Origin: a virus
Lineage: Duplodnaviria; Caudoviricetes
DNA: 64,000 bases
Virus record (IMG/VR): IMGVR_UViG_3300048881_000698
Span: 1 to 64,000 of that record
Strand: one strand, 5' to 3'
This document shows positions 35,015-45,329 of the stretch, piece after piece; positions within the stretch are counted from its first letter, which is position 1; every line of letters begins with the position of its first letter. The notes under the pieces were generated by a model, which had not been told where the DNA came from, did not search any database, and was given only the letters and a program-made list of their open reading frames with translations. Position numbers and translations under genes: made by a program.

Positions 35015-35314
35015 TTAACCTTTTAAAATTTTCTTGTTTCTAACATTGAGCTTTTCTTCAATTACGGCTGGGTTGCCGATGACGACAACATCTAATCCTG
35101 CCTGGCCGCGATTCATATAAACTCGACTGAATTCTTGTTTATTATCAAGGCCTTCCGGAAGCGATCCTTCCAACAACTTTCTTTTAAAAGTGGGATCCGA
35201 TCTAACACAAACAACGTGCTGGGGGTTTATAAACACTTCTCGCAGGGAAAAGTTCCTCTGTGTATTTTTTGTATGTGTTTTCGTTGCTTCATAAACTTCA
35301 ATAAATTTAACCAT
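35015..35314 (-). CDS. hypothetical protein (VFINPxHVV, FlbD-like pattern)
   Basis: 99-aa ORF. Confidence 0.7.
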   Translation of the reverse strand: MVKFIEVYEATKTHTKNTQRNFSLREVFINPQHVVCVRSDPTFKRKLLEGSLPEGLDNKQEFSRVYMNRGQAGLDVVVIGNPAVIEEKLNVRNKKILKG

Positions 35315-35540
35315 CGCCTTTGCCTCCTGGTATCGGATAAATGTCTATTTTGGGCACATACCATCGTTCCCCGTTGTATAGAATAGAACAGTACGGGCTA
35401 TGTGTCTCATTCTCCACAATCATAGCGGACGATGGGGCTTTAGTTTTGATGAACTTTTTAACACTGGTCTTGTCGGCAAACTGCAAAAGTGTCAAATCAG
35501 ATGGAATAAAAGCCAGGTCGCCTTTTTTAAAGCTATTCAT
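35307..35540 (-). CDS. KOW/SH3-like small protein
   Basis: FKKGDLAF; GGAGG SD. Confidence 0.65.
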   Translation of the reverse strand: MNSFKKGDLAFIPSDLTLLQFADKTSVKKFIKTKAPSSAMIVENETHSPYCSILYNGERWYVPKIDIYPIPGGKGDG

Positions 35541-35874
35541 TGGCTTCCTCCACAGTGGGCTCTTCAACTTCTTTTTCATTTAAAGGGTCAGCCGACTTTT
35601 TTTCTTGTTCTAGAAACAATCCAAGGTATCCCTCCAAAATACTAATGTAATCAGACAAAGCAAGATCCACTTTTGTTAAAGCTCTTCTTGCTTTGTCCAT
35701 ATCTCGCGCGCCTTCCATCACTTTTTTTACGTTAGAGCTTTCTAAGCACCTCATTGCTCTCTCTAGAGACTCAAGCGCGTCTATTCTTAATTCCTTTGTG
35801 ACATTGCGCAACAAATCAGTTATCACTTTAGGAACTTCTTCCACTTCAACGTTGTAAGTTATACCAACTCTCAC
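35533..35874 (-). CDS. hypothetical protein
   Basis: 113 aa, GGAGG SD, own promoter. Confidence 0.75.
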   Translation of the reverse strand: MRVGITYNVEVEEVPKVITDLLRNVTKELRIDALESLERAMRCLESSNVKKVMEGARDMDKARRALTKVDLALSDYISILEGYLGLFLEQEKKSADPLNEKEVEEPTVEEANE

Positions 35875-35920
35875 TGTACTATACCTCCATACACTACTAT
35901 ACTACACTATAAAAAATTTG

Positions 35921-36556
35921 TCAAGACTTTTTTATTTTTTTCAAGTGCCTCTCTTCGCACTCCACTGATCTTTCTTCGCCTACCGGTAAGATTGAATAAG
36001 GCTTTGTTCCTTTTGCGGCTCGAACAACCGGCCTTTCATTAACTTCAACTACAACCGCAATTTTATTTTTAATATCTTCAGGGGCGTTTGTTCTTCCTTG
36101 CACTAGCTCGCCAACTTCAAACACGGGCTCTGAAAAAGTAGAACTCAATACTTTTTTTGCATATTTGTTTTCACACAACGACAAGTACTGAGTTTTGACA
36201 GGAACAAACTTATCATCGTTTAAGATTTTCTCCGCCAGATTGGCAAAGTATGGAGGGTTGGCCTTATAATATTTTGCGCATATTTTTGCAATCGGCTTCT
36301 TATTTTCAAGGTATTCTTTCGCCCACTTGCTATGTCTTTCGGAGCCTTTTTCTAAGTTTATAAACTCTATATCTTTTAGTGCTCTAAGCTGTCTTCTTGT
36401 AAGGCCGCCATGTTCCTGATAATAAGTCTGCAAAGATTTTAAAAATAATCTTGTTGTCTCCGAGACATTAGATTCTTCTAAAAGCTTTTTAATGCGAGGT
36501 TCAACACCAGGCTCTTGAATTAATTTATTCTTTTTTTTATATGGTTTATACAACAT
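35921..36556 (-). CDS. paralog of 20045-20641
   Basis: Shared motifs along the full length. Confidence 0.8.
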   Translation of the reverse strand: MLYKPYKKKNKLIQEPGVEPRIKKLLEESNVSETTRLFLKSLQTYYQEHGGLTRRQLRALKDIEFINLEKGSERHSKWAKEYLENKKPIAKICAKYYKANPPYFANLAEKILNDDKFVPVKTQYLSLCENKYAKKVLSSTFSEPVFEVGELVQGRTNAPEDIKNKIAVVVEVNERPVVRAAKGTKPYSILPVGEERSVECEERHLKKIKKS

Positions 36557-36569
36557 CGTCGACGCCCTT

Positions 36570-36854
36570 TCATCCGGTACCACCCATTGTGAGCCAAAGT
36601 GCCCTTGTTATCAAAATAACTGTGCTACCGATAATCATCCATATCATTTTAGAATGAGTATGTTTCCAACGTTCCAATTCTCTAATCCTTGCATAAATCC
36701 CCTCATCTGGGTTATAAACGGCCTCCTTAATCTTATCTATGCCATCAGCCATCTCATTCTGCTTTTCCTTAACAGCTTCGATGCCATCCATCATTCTTTC
36801 AAGTTTGCCATTTAATTCAAGCACTTCCGCCACCAATGTTGTATTATCATCCAT
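36570..36854 (-). CDS. coiled-coil protein with C-terminal TM helix (XhlA/holin-like)
   Basis: RIRELERWK followed by a hydrophobic helix; late motif at 36888. Confidence 0.6.
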   Translation of the reverse strand: MDDNTTLVAEVLELNGKLERMMDGIEAVKEKQNEMADGIDKIKEAVYNPDEGIYARIRELERWKHTHSKMIWMIIGSTVILITRALWLTMGGTG

Positions 36855-36907
36855 TTTCCTGGTTCCAACGCATTAAAAGCATGTACTTTAAATAGTAGGA
36901 CCAAGAG

Positions 36908-38476
36908 CTAAATCTCTATAATTGCATGGTTTGTAGTCAACAAAACAGAAGAAACTGACGCTGCGTTTTGAAGAGCCAGCCTTGTTACCTTCGCAGGATC
37001 AATAATTCCGTTTTCTAGCATGTTAACCACTTCCCCTTTTGCAAAATCAAATCCATAGCCTTCTACCTCGTGTTCAATCGTACTTAATATCACATCAGGA
37101 GACTCGCCAGCATTTAGTGCCATTTGCTTTATCGGTGCTTTCACTGCTTCGCATACAATCTTCATGCCAACTTCTTGTTCTTCATTTTCAAACTCTACCT
37201 CTAGGTTTTTCGAAGCGTTGAGTAACGCAACTCCGCCGCCCGGTACGACACCTTCCAATTGCGCTGAACGGACGGCTTCCAAGGCATCTTCAATCCTATG
37301 TCTCTTCTCTATCATTTCCACTTCAGTAGAGCCGCCAACTCTAATAATAGCTACGCCACTAACAAGTCTTGTGATCCTTTCTTGGATTCTTTCACACTCG
37401 TACAAAGACTCTGTTTGCTCAAGTTCCGCTTTCAGCAAATCAATTCTGTCATCAACTTCGTCAGCATCTCCAGCCCCTCCGACAACGGTTGTCAAATTTT
37501 TGACAACTTCAATAGTTTTTGCAACACCCAAGTGTTCGAGTTTGACGTCTTTAAGTTTTAATCCGGTTTCTTTTGATACAAAAAAAGCGCCAACAGAAAC
37601 GGCAAGATCTTTCATTATATTTCTCCTCTCTTCGCCATACCTAGGCGCCTTAACACCCACAATTTTCATTGTGCCGCGGATAGCATTCATAATTAATGCC
37701 GCTAATGCCTGTCCTTCGATATTCTCAGCCACAATGACAAATGGTCTGTTCTCCCTTGAAACTACTTCAAGTATTGGTAGTAAGTCCTCAACCAATTCGA
37801 TGGTCGCGTCCACAACAAGTACCAATGGCTCTGTGTACCTAGCCGTCCCTCTCCGTTCATCGTTGATAAATTGAGGAGATAAATATCCTGAATCGAATCT
37901 AAACCCTTCGACAAGGTCAAGAGAAGTTTCTATTGACCTGGCTTCTTCTATTGTAATTGAACCATCCTTTCCCACCTTATCAACAGCTGTGGCTATAAGT
38001 TTTCCTATAGACTTGTCGCCGTTAGCAGAGATGGTCGCAATGTGGGCTATATCATCCTCGCTCATTATAGGGACGGAAGCGCTTTCAAGGTTGACCACAA
38101 TTGCGGAAACGGTTTTGTCAATGCCTCTTTTTAATTCTATCGGAGAGTGTCCAGCAACCAAGTATCTTTGTGCGTGAACCAGGATCTCGCGAGCCAACAC
38201 TGTCGCTGTTGTAGTTCCATCTCCTGCGTCCATATTTGTTTGTGCGGATGCCTGTTTAAGTATCTGTACGCCAGCATTTTCAAATGGATCTTCCAAATCT
38301 ACAAACTGCGCGATGGTGACGCCGTCCTTTGTAATGATAGGTGCTGTACCTTTTTTGTGTAGTATCACATTTCTGCCTCGCGGGCCTAAAGTGGAAGCTA
38401 CGTTATCAGCTAAAATGTTAACGCCGTCTAATACTTTTTTATGTAAAGACGATCCAGAATCAAATTCTTTACTCAT
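36908..38476 (-). CDS. groEL: chaperonin GroEL
   Basis: TLGPRGRNV, ITKDGVT, GDGTTT, KAPRYGEERR, VPGGG, GIIDP. Confidence 0.97.
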   Translation of the reverse strand: MSKEFDSGSSLHKKVLDGVNILADNVASTLGPRGRNVILHKKGTAPIITKDGVTIAQFVDLEDPFENAGVQILKQASAQTNMDAGDGTTTATVLAREILVHAQRYLVAGHSPIELKRGIDKTVSAIVVNLESASVPIMSEDDIAHIATISANGDKSIGKLIATAVDKVGKDGSITIEEARSIETSLDLVEGFRFDSGYLSPQFINDERRGTARYTEPLVLVVDATIELVEDLLPILEVVSRENRPFVIVAENIEGQALAALIMNAIRGTMKIVGVKAPRYGEERRNIMKDLAVSVGAFFVSKETGLKLKDVKLEHLGVAKTIEVVKNLTTVVGGAGDADEVDDRIDLLKAELEQTESLYECERIQERITRLVSGVAIIRVGGSTEVEMIEKRHRIEDALEAVRSAQLEGVVPGGGVALLNASKNLEVEFENEEQEVGMKIVCEAVKAPIKQMALNAGESPDVILSTIEHEVEGYGFDFAKGEVVNMLENGIIDPAKVTRLALQNAASVSSVLLTTNHAIIEI

Positions 38477-38513
38477 ATTATGTATTATACATGTTTTTCA
38501 AAAAATGTAAAGT

Positions 38514-40193
38514 TTAAATTTTTTCAGCTGGCGCCGAAATTTCCTCTGAAACTTTCTTGGTTTTTTCACCAATTCTATGGGAAGAATCGATTGCTTCAGT
38601 TGCAACTTGATTCTCCATGCCCTCAGCAAAATAAGCGCGCAATCTGTCAGTCAATATTCTAAGTTCTTTAAAGATTTCAAAGACTTTGTCGTTGATGACG
38701 TCGCGACACATATTGGCCATCGCCTCTACCGCTTGTGAACCAATAAACAAACGGCCGAGATAAGCCTGCTCTTTTGTCTCTGGCGGTTCGTTTTCAATGG
38801 CGCTCTTATAAAGGATCCATTCGCCTTTGCTTCGGTACCCGTACGTCTTTGTCATGATGTCCCAAAATGCATCTTCCCCACTTTCTTGCTTGACTTGATT
38901 CATATAAGCCAGAGACTCTTCAATAGAAGCATAATTGCCGACGGTTTTATGAGCCACTTTTCGTTCTTTTGTTGCCGCTTTGTGCTGCGACATCAATTCA
39001 CGATAAAGATCGAACAGCGTTGCCCGGACTCCATTCTGCGCTTGTAAATATGGGACTATAGCAGAGCGAGATTCAGGAGTTGACTCGACCCCCAGAATAT
39101 CGAGGATCAGTTTTTCTCTGCTGCCTTTGTTAAAGAGTTTCATACTTCCGGTGTCTTGTTCAAAGCCGCTCAGTACAGCCTCACCGACACTTTCAGTCCA
39201 GCCCTCTTTTGGTGGTGCTACGGTTTCCAATGTTGTATTTAAAATCTCGTCAAAATGTTCTAGAAAATATTCACCAAAGGGTAATACACCTTCTATCGCT
39301 TCCTCTTCGCCGCCTTGCACAATAGCTACTGGAAGTCTCAAGTAATCTGCTTTTTCGCCGCCCATTTGACCTAAATAATGCAGGATCGAATCGTAGGTAA
39401 AGTAAAATCTAAAAAACTTAATTACGCCCTCGACTTCTGTACCTTCTCCCTCAAGATCTTTCAAGACAACAATATATTCCATACTTTCTTTTTTAGTCGT
39501 GCCCGCGCCTGCTAGATCATTTACCAACTCGCGGAATGAGCCCTTAACTGCATTTTTCTTTTCGTCGAGCAGCTTAAGACTAATTGGTTTACCAGTCTTA
39601 GAAGTTAAATCGGCGATTGTCTTACTGCCGGTCGGGATTTGTTCGCCGCCAAGCAAAACTGCAATGAAAGATTCAAAAGTAAAACCAGCGGAGGAAGCAT
39701 TAAAACGTTGGAGGATCATTGTCAATGTTTTATAAAAGGTCAGGTAACTTAAGATCTTTGCAATTGATTGCCTGGGATCATCCAAGTTGACGCCGGCCCT
39801 TTTTAAATTCTGTTTTGATGCGCCTGTTTTCTCTGACTTGGAAAAGAAGGCTTCCAAGTACCTTAGCTTGGATTTAATATCATATCTCCGGGCGCCAATT
39901 TGGCTTAAAAACCGCTGAATCTGTTGTCTTGAGTCCGCGGGGTTGGCGCCGGCTGAAGTACTGGCCTTGCCCCATCCTAGTTCGTCTGCAGACAAGAATG
40001 GAATTCCTTCCCAGACCAGCTCGATAGACTGATTCTCTCCGGGTTTTGCCGTGGCCTCGAGGAGGCTAGTCTTCTTTTTCTTCATACCTGCGAGAATCTC
40101 TACACGCTCGACTAGTGCAACAAGAGAATCGAAATTAAAAGACGGTTCTTTATTCCCTTTGAAATATCTTTCTATGTTTTCTTCTAACGTCAT
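38514..40193 (-). CDS. late protein with possible PD-(D/E)xK-like domain
   Basis: GFTFESF...IADL...ISLK; late motif at 40197. Confidence 0.6.
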   Translation of the reverse strand: MTLEENIERYFKGNKEPSFNFDSLVALVERVEILAGMKKKKTSLLEATAKPGENQSIELVWEGIPFLSADELGWGKASTSAGANPADSRQQIQRFLSQIGARRYDIKSKLRYLEAFFSKSEKTGASKQNLKRAGVNLDDPRQSIAKILSYLTFYKTLTMILQRFNASSAGFTFESFIAVLLGGEQIPTGSKTIADLTSKTGKPISLKLLDEKKNAVKGSFRELVNDLAGAGTTKKESMEYIVVLKDLEGEGTEVEGVIKFFRFYFTYDSILHYLGQMGGEKADYLRLPVAIVQGGEEEAIEGVLPFGEYFLEHFDEILNTTLETVAPPKEGWTESVGEAVLSGFEQDTGSMKLFNKGSREKLILDILGVESTPESRSAIVPYLQAQNGVRATLFDLYRELMSQHKAATKERKVAHKTVGNYASIEESLAYMNQVKQESGEDAFWDIMTKTYGYRSKGEWILYKSAIENEPPETKEQAYLGRLFIGSQAVEAMANMCRDVINDKVFEIFKELRILTDRLRAYFAEGMENQVATEAIDSSHRIGEKTKKVSEEISAPAEKI

Positions 40194-40208
40194 GATTATA
40201 AATAGTTA

Positions 40209-40871
40209 TCAAATGATAATATCGGCTATCCCTAATTCAATTGCCTCTTCTGCTGTCAAGTATACATTTACTTTTTTATTCAAAAGTTTTTTGATATAAC
40301 GTTTCGTCATCTTTGTTTCGTCGATGAGACACTTGACATGCTGATCTTGCAACCATTTTATTTCGTCCATCTCGTTTTCCAAGTTGTCGATGGAACCGTG
40401 ACTTGAACCCACAACACTATGCAGCATGATTCTACAGTTTTTACCAATTTTTCTTTTACCTTTTGTTCCAGCGGCTAACAATAGTACACCAGCTGACATG
40501 ACTTTTCCCAAGCCCATTGTATGAATTTCGCATTCACCACGAACCATGCGCATAACATCATACATGGAAAACATTTCTGCTGCTGAACCTCCATATGTAG
40601 AAATTATCAATTTGAACGGTTCACACTGTTCTGGTTTTTCACCTTCTTCAGGAGGGGGAGGCATACCTGTTTCCTTCAAATAAAGCATTGAATAAATTAA
40701 CTCAGCTGTTCGTTCTTCCGAGACCTCGCCATATAAACTCAAGACGCGGAGCTTGGACATTGGATCTGAATCTCCCACCTCAAAAGGAGAATTCAAAAAT
40801 AAAATCGATGGATCTAACTCCTCTTTGTTTTCTTCCTCTGATTCCGGTGTTTTTTCCTTTTCATTTTTCAA
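40209..40871 (-). CDS. clpP: ClpP protease subunit
   Basis: ISTYGGS, GKVMSAG, RIMLH, YLTAEEAIELGIAD. Confidence 0.93.
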   Translation of the reverse strand: MKNEKEKTPESEEENKEELDPSILFLNSPFEVGDSDPMSKLRVLSLYGEVSEERTAELIYSMLYLKETGMPPPPEEGEKPEQCEPFKLIISTYGGSAAEMFSMYDVMRMVRGECEIHTMGLGKVMSAGVLLLAAGTKGKRKIGKNCRIMLHSVVGSSHGSIDNLENEMDEIKWLQDQHVKCLIDETKMTKRYIKKLLNKKVNVYLTAEEAIELGIADIII

Positions 40872-41274
40872 TTTTATAACCTTTTCCTTTGTTGATTTCT
40901 CTTTTATAGATTTTCTCCAATTCCTTTATTGCCCCATCCCAGTCCGAATAGTTCATCGTGTACCTATAAATCTTTGGACAGCTGGTTAACATGTTGGCTA
41001 TGCAGGAACTGCGCCAAACATAAAAAGACTTGTCGTCTACAACTTTTATTTTGTTTATTTGATCGTCGTCCATTCCAGCTTCCGACATGGTAACATATTT
41101 TATCCCTCTCACAAACCCAATTTCTTCGACAGCGAACTTTAACATTATCAAAATTTGCTCGTTAATTGACTTAACAAGGTTTGCCATATGACCATATGTG
41201 AGCATACCAGACAAAACTCTATACGAGAATACGCCAGCAAAAAACCAAAGCACTTCGTTATATTGTTCTAACAT
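40861..41274 (-). CDS. membrane-anchored hypothetical protein
   Basis: 137 aa, N-terminal hydrophobic segment. Confidence 0.7.
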   Translation of the reverse strand: MLEQYNEVLWFFAGVFSYRVLSGMLTYGHMANLVKSINEQILIMLKFAVEEIGFVRGIKYVTMSEAGMDDDQINKIKVVDDKSFYVWRSSCIANMLTSCPKIYRYTMNYSDWDGAIKELEKIYKREINKGKGYKIEK

Positions 41275-41277
41275 ATA

Positions 41278-41976
41278 TCAATCCAAAAGTATATTTTTTA
41301 TTTCGTTCTCTTCAAAAGATAATTTATTGTTTATTTTAACATCTTTTAAAGAGTTTATAAAGCATTTTCTAAGAAAACCTTCAAAGGGGAACATATAATA
41401 ACAAACACTTGAGGAAAATTGTTTTACAACCCAACCAACTCCATCTCTATTAATAAAATTCCAATACTTTTCTTCAGTTTTGTTTTTATAATCACACAAT
41501 ATCCAGTATCTGACTAACAAACCAACTTTATGTGCCCTGAACTCAAGCCAAGTGCGGCCCGGACTTGGTAAAGGTAATAAAAACAATAGACATGATAGCC
41601 ACCACAAGTTCCAAATTGCCCCAAATGCTAGTAGAGCAAATATCTGCGGCGATAGATAAAGAACGTTGAAAAGCCAGCCAAGTCTCTTTCTATCATAAAG
41701 GTGTATATACTCATGAGCTAATGTCTCTAATTCTATGCTGTTCCATTTTTTATGGCGGCGGCCCCACCAACTTGGAACATAGATATTTGGATATATCGTT
41801 GTGATCTGGCCTGTCATGAACCTCTTGTTGAAAAACAGAAAAAAAGATAGTGCTTTCATTAAGAGGTTGTCTTTTTTTTGCACTATCTTAAAGTTCGGAA
41901 CTCGATCCTGAATGTGCTTCAGGATCGCTCCTCTTTTCTTAAGGTGTTGTAATTCTTTAAGAGACATGGCTGACAT
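41278..41976 (-). CDS. membrane zinc metallopeptidase-like protein
   Basis: LAHEYIH, TM helices, RxWLExRA. Confidence 0.7.
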   Translation of the reverse strand: MSAMSLKELQHLKKRGAILKHIQDRVPNFKIVQKKDNLLMKALSFFLFFNKRFMTGQITTIYPNIYVPSWWGRRHKKWNSIELETLAHEYIHLYDRKRLGWLFNVLYLSPQIFALLAFGAIWNLWWLSCLLFLLPLPSPGRTWLEFRAHKVGLLVRYWILCDYKNKTEEKYWNFINRDGVGWVVKQFSSSVCYYMFPFEGFLRKCFINSLKDVKINNKLSFEENEIKNILLD

Positions 41977-42001
41977 CCTCTGCCTCCTTATGTGTTACAC
42001 C

Positions 42002-42874
42002 TTACTTTTTTTGTTTTTTACCTTTCAGCTTGGTAAAGATGCGATCCGCAAGAGATTCTGCTAGCTGCTGTTTTCTGTCTTCATGGCCCGCGACGGATTG
42101 GCGACGTTGTTGTTCATACAAGGCTCGCTGTTGCTGCTGTGCGTAGTAAGCACGCTCGCGGTATGCTTGTTCCTGCATAACTTGTTGCTGCTGCTGTGCG
42201 TAGTAAACTCTTGCTTTAATCCTGTTGGACACTTCAGAGATGAGGTAGTTTTTAAGCTGCTTAGCCCTTTGACCTTCTTCAAGTCCTTCAAGTCCTTCTT
42301 CCTCTCCCATTCCCATGTCGGGAGGAGGCAGCTCTTCTTCGCCTTCAAGGCCCTCGAGATCTTCGAGTTCCTCTTCACCCCCGCCTTCTCCTTCAACATT
42401 GACTGGAATTCCGGTTGTATCTGTAATAGCATCAGCAATTGCAGACACCAGGTCTTCGACGGTTCCTTCGTCCACTTCACCTTCGAGGCCCTCGAGATCT
42501 TCAAGTTCGCCTAGGTCCTCTTCCCCTTCGCCTTCCATGGGAGGGGGTAGCTCTTCTTCCATTTCCTCTTCGCCCAATTGTTCCTTGACCGGTTGAGCAG
42601 TTGTTTCCGTTCCTTTCTTTTCTGTATATTCTTCACCGGTTTTCTTAAGACCAGATTCACTGCCGCCAGTTGTTTTCTTACCTTTGGTAAATACCGTTGG
42701 ATCGGTTTGTACATATTCTTCACCGGTTTTGTCTAACTCCGACAAAACATTCATATTTGCCAATTTTTGAAAACGACGAATTGTTGCTTCGTTGAGAAGC
42801 GTTTTATCTTCTGTCTTTGCCTCGGTGAGTACAGCCTTGTTGGACTTTTTAGTTCTCTTTCTCTTTCTAGCCAT
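42002..42874 (-). CDS. acidic low-complexity late protein (scaffold/core-like)
   Basis: LLNEATIRRFQKLA; internal repeats KTGEEY x2, LEDLEGLEGE x2, YYAQQQQ x2; late motif at 42917. Confidence 0.7.
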   Translation of the reverse strand: MARKRKRTKKSNKAVLTEAKTEDKTLLNEATIRRFQKLANMNVLSELDKTGEEYVQTDPTVFTKGKKTTGGSESGLKKTGEEYTEKKGTETTAQPVKEQLGEEEMEEELPPPMEGEGEEDLGELEDLEGLEGEVDEGTVEDLVSAIADAITDTTGIPVNVEGEGGGEEELEDLEGLEGEEELPPPDMGMGEEEGLEGLEEGQRAKQLKNYLISEVSNRIKARVYYAQQQQQVMQEQAYRERAYYAQQQQRALYEQQRRQSVAGHEDRKQQLAESLADRIFTKLKGKKQKK

Positions 42875-42944
42875 AGTTAAACTCCTAATGCATTAGATTA
42901 ATTAGCATATCACATGTAAATAGTCGCTTAGGCACTAAAAAGAC

Positions 42945-43268
42945 TTATATTTTAGTGTGTTCTTTTAAAAACCTAGCTTTAGCTTCGTCGCAATCGTAAT
43001 AGTGTTCTAACAACTCTTTAAAATCTGGACAATTGTTAACTATTTTTTTGATTGCTTTATCTTGAATTTGTTTAACTCTCACAAAACTTAGACCAAGTCT
43101 GTCGGCGATTTCTCTCAGCGTCATTGTCTTCTTTTTTTTCATTGCAATCATCATGCAATTCAAATCTCCCTCATAATCAAGCCAGTTTTCGCAATCGCTC
43201 ACTGGACAAGAAGTTTTATTTTTGATGCAACAATTGCAACATTCTCTTAAGCTCATAGTTCTGGACAC
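42945..43268 (-). CDS. Cys-rich protein with sigma70 region-4 HTH
   Basis: MTLREIADRLGLSFVRVKQIQDKAIKKI. Confidence 0.8.
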   Translation of the reverse strand: MSRTMSLRECCNCCIKNKTSCPVSDCENWLDYEGDLNCMMIAMKKKKTMTLREIADRLGLSFVRVKQIQDKAIKKIVNNCPDFKELLEHYYDCDEAKARFLKEHTKI

Positions 43269-43579
43269 TCCTTTTCTAATAAATCAAATATGCTCTCAAC
43301 CTCTCCTTCGTTCAAAGCAAATTTATTTTTAGTCTCATTTGATCGTTCATATAATTTTTTAGATTTGGCTCGTTTCTCTTTGCTTTGAATATTATTTTTC
43401 TCTCTATACTCTTCAACAAAATCTACAATCCTCTCATCTCTCTCGACATATCCTGATATCATCAAACTAAAAAATTCACCCTGCTTTAAATCATCGGCAT
43501 GCAATCTTATTTTTAAATCAGCATGTACTTTGTCTAATTCTTCGAAAATAATTCGTTTCGTTTCTTGACCATGAATCAT
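43253..43579 (-). CDS. hypothetical protein
   Basis: 108 aa, coupled to the sigma-4 gene. Confidence 0.7.
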   Translation of the reverse strand: MIHGQETKRIIFEELDKVHADLKIRLHADDLKQGEFFSLMISGYVERDERIVDFVEEYREKNNIQSKEKRAKSKKLYERSNETKNKFALNEGEVESIFDLLEKECPEL

Positions 43580-43583
43580 CGTG

Positions 43584-44588
43584 TTATCTCCTTAGTATGT
43601 GTGTTGAACTTTCATACTGACCGGCTGGTGTTTGTCGAATAAATTTTGCCTCCGATTGCAACTCTCGTAAATTGTTTACTCCGGAATAAGAAAAACCACT
43701 TCTAACATTTCCTGCGATGTCACGAAGTATATCGGCGACAGGGCCCTTGTAAGGAATTGTGGTTGATATACCCTCTGGCGAGGAAGACTTGCCTCTCCAG
43801 TCCATTTGTGCGATTCTCGAGGCCATTCCTCTGTAGACCTTGTACTTCTTATTCCCGCTTGTGAAGATTTCTCCTGGTGATTCGTCAGTGCCAGCTAGCA
43901 TTGAGCCAAGCATAACAAAGTCGGCTCCTGCCGCCAAAGCTTTCACAATATCTCCACTATTTCTAATTCCACCATCAGCAATTAACTTAACGTCTCTATT
44001 GTTTGAATATGAGCATTCGTGTATTGATTGAAAAGTCGGCACTCCGTGGCCTGTGCTAATTCTTGTGCTACAGATGGAGCCGCCGCCGATCCCAACTCTT
44101 ATACTGTCTGCTCCCCAATCTGCTAAATCGTCGAAAGCTTTAAGAGTCGCAACATTGCCAGCCATCAAATGAACCTTTTCTCCAAAAATATCCCTTAATG
44201 TCTTAAGCGCGTTTTTAACCAAAATATGATGACCGTGAGCCACATCCAAACATAAATAATTTGTGCCGGCATCAAATAAGGCGCGAGCGCGTTCTTCGTA
44301 ATCTCCAGTCGCTCCAATCGCTGCAGCCGTAAAACCAATTGTCTTTTTGATAAGAGCGACTTGTTCTTCAATGGTATTATATCTATGTATAACACCTAAA
44401 CCGCCCTCGTTATGTATGGCATACGACATCTCAGATTCAGTAACCGTATCCATCGGGCTCGATATGACTGGCAACTCTAAATATGCAGTTGCGCTTAAGT
44501 GATTTCCAATATCAATCTCGCGCCTGCTCTTTATTTCTGAATACCTTGGCTCTAGTAAAACGTCATCGAAACTAAGATTTTCTTTCAT
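43584..44588 (-). CDS. guaB: IMP dehydrogenase / GMP reductase family, no CBS domains
   Basis: [48 protein letters not shown]. Confidence 0.85.
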   Translation of the reverse strand: MKENLSFDDVLLEPRYSEIKSRREIDIGNHLSATAYLELPVISSPMDTVTESEMSYAIHNEGGLGVIHRYNTIEEQVALIKKTIGFTAAAIGATGDYEERARALFDAGTNYLCLDVAHGHHILVKNALKTLRDIFGEKVHLMAGNVATLKAFDDLADWGADSIRVGIGGGSICSTRISTGHGVPTFQSIHECSYSNNRDVKLIADGGIRNSGDIVKALAAGADFVMLGSMLAGTDESPGEIFTSGNKKYKVYRGMASRIAQMDWRGKSSSPEGISTTIPYKGPVADILRDIAGNVRSGFSYSGVNNLRELQSEAKFIRQTPAGQYESSTHILRR

Positions 44589-44859
44589 TTAAGTCCTCTT
44601 CTTGTAAATTACAAATTAATTCATTTGCTCTGCCCCAACACTCAGGACAGTACAAATTAACTTTTTCTTCTTCCTCTCGTACAATCACGTACCAGGATTG
44701 TACCATCTCTTTATTTTTCTTATCGAAATCTTTCTCGCAGACAAGACAGTTCTCTGGTATCTGGCCAAACAATGCAACCTTCTGCACCATGTCCTTCTCA
44801 AGTGACTTCTTCTTTTGCTTTGCAGCATTTCTCCGAATCTTTCTTTCTAATTTTGACAT
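44572..44859 (-). CDS. zinc-finger protein
   Basis: CLVC...CPEC. Confidence 0.7.
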   Translation of the reverse strand: MSKLERKIRRNAAKQKKKSLEKDMVQKVALFGQIPENCLVCEKDFDKKNKEMVQSWYVIVREEEEKVNLYCPECWGRANELICNLQEEDLNERKS

Positions 44860-45329
44860 AGCGTATACACCTTTGGCTTTCTAAGACCGAACCAGGAGCG
44901 TTTGAAAACAACTATTGCAGATGGGAACGGAGCAGAGTTCACTGCGTCTCCGAACTTCAGTCTCCCTTTCACAAAATAAATTCTCTGAGATTTCATACAG
45001 TAATCATGCCAATACTTCGTATCTGTCCTTGCTGGCAACAGGCACACAACAGTCGTGTTTGAGTTCCTGCTTTCATCGTAAGCTTTTTTGATCCACTTTT
45101 TGATATCGCGGCCGTACGGCGGATTCATAAAGACAGTCTGGCCCTTCCAACTTCTTTTTAAGCCATTTTCCTCTTTCGTAAAATGCTTCCTGCACTTTGA
45201 ATTTTCAGGAGTGGCGCAAGGATCTAAAGTAAAATGAAATATTGAGTCTAACATATTATACAATTTTTGAGGTGTCTCCCACTCTGCTGACTTTGATGAG
45301 AACATCGTTTTCTGCGTACTTTTATTCAT
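44847..45329 (-). CDS. phage DNA N6-adenine methyltransferase
   Basis: WETP, FTLDPCA, FMNPPY, LPARTDT, GRLKF. Confidence 0.92.
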   Translation of the reverse strand: MNKSTQKTMFSSKSAEWETPQKLYNMLDSIFHFTLDPCATPENSKCRKHFTKEENGLKRSWKGQTVFMNPPYGRDIKKWIKKAYDESRNSNTTVVCLLPARTDTKYWHDYCMKSQRIYFVKGRLKFGDAVNSAPFPSAIVVFKRSWFGLRKPKVYTLCQN

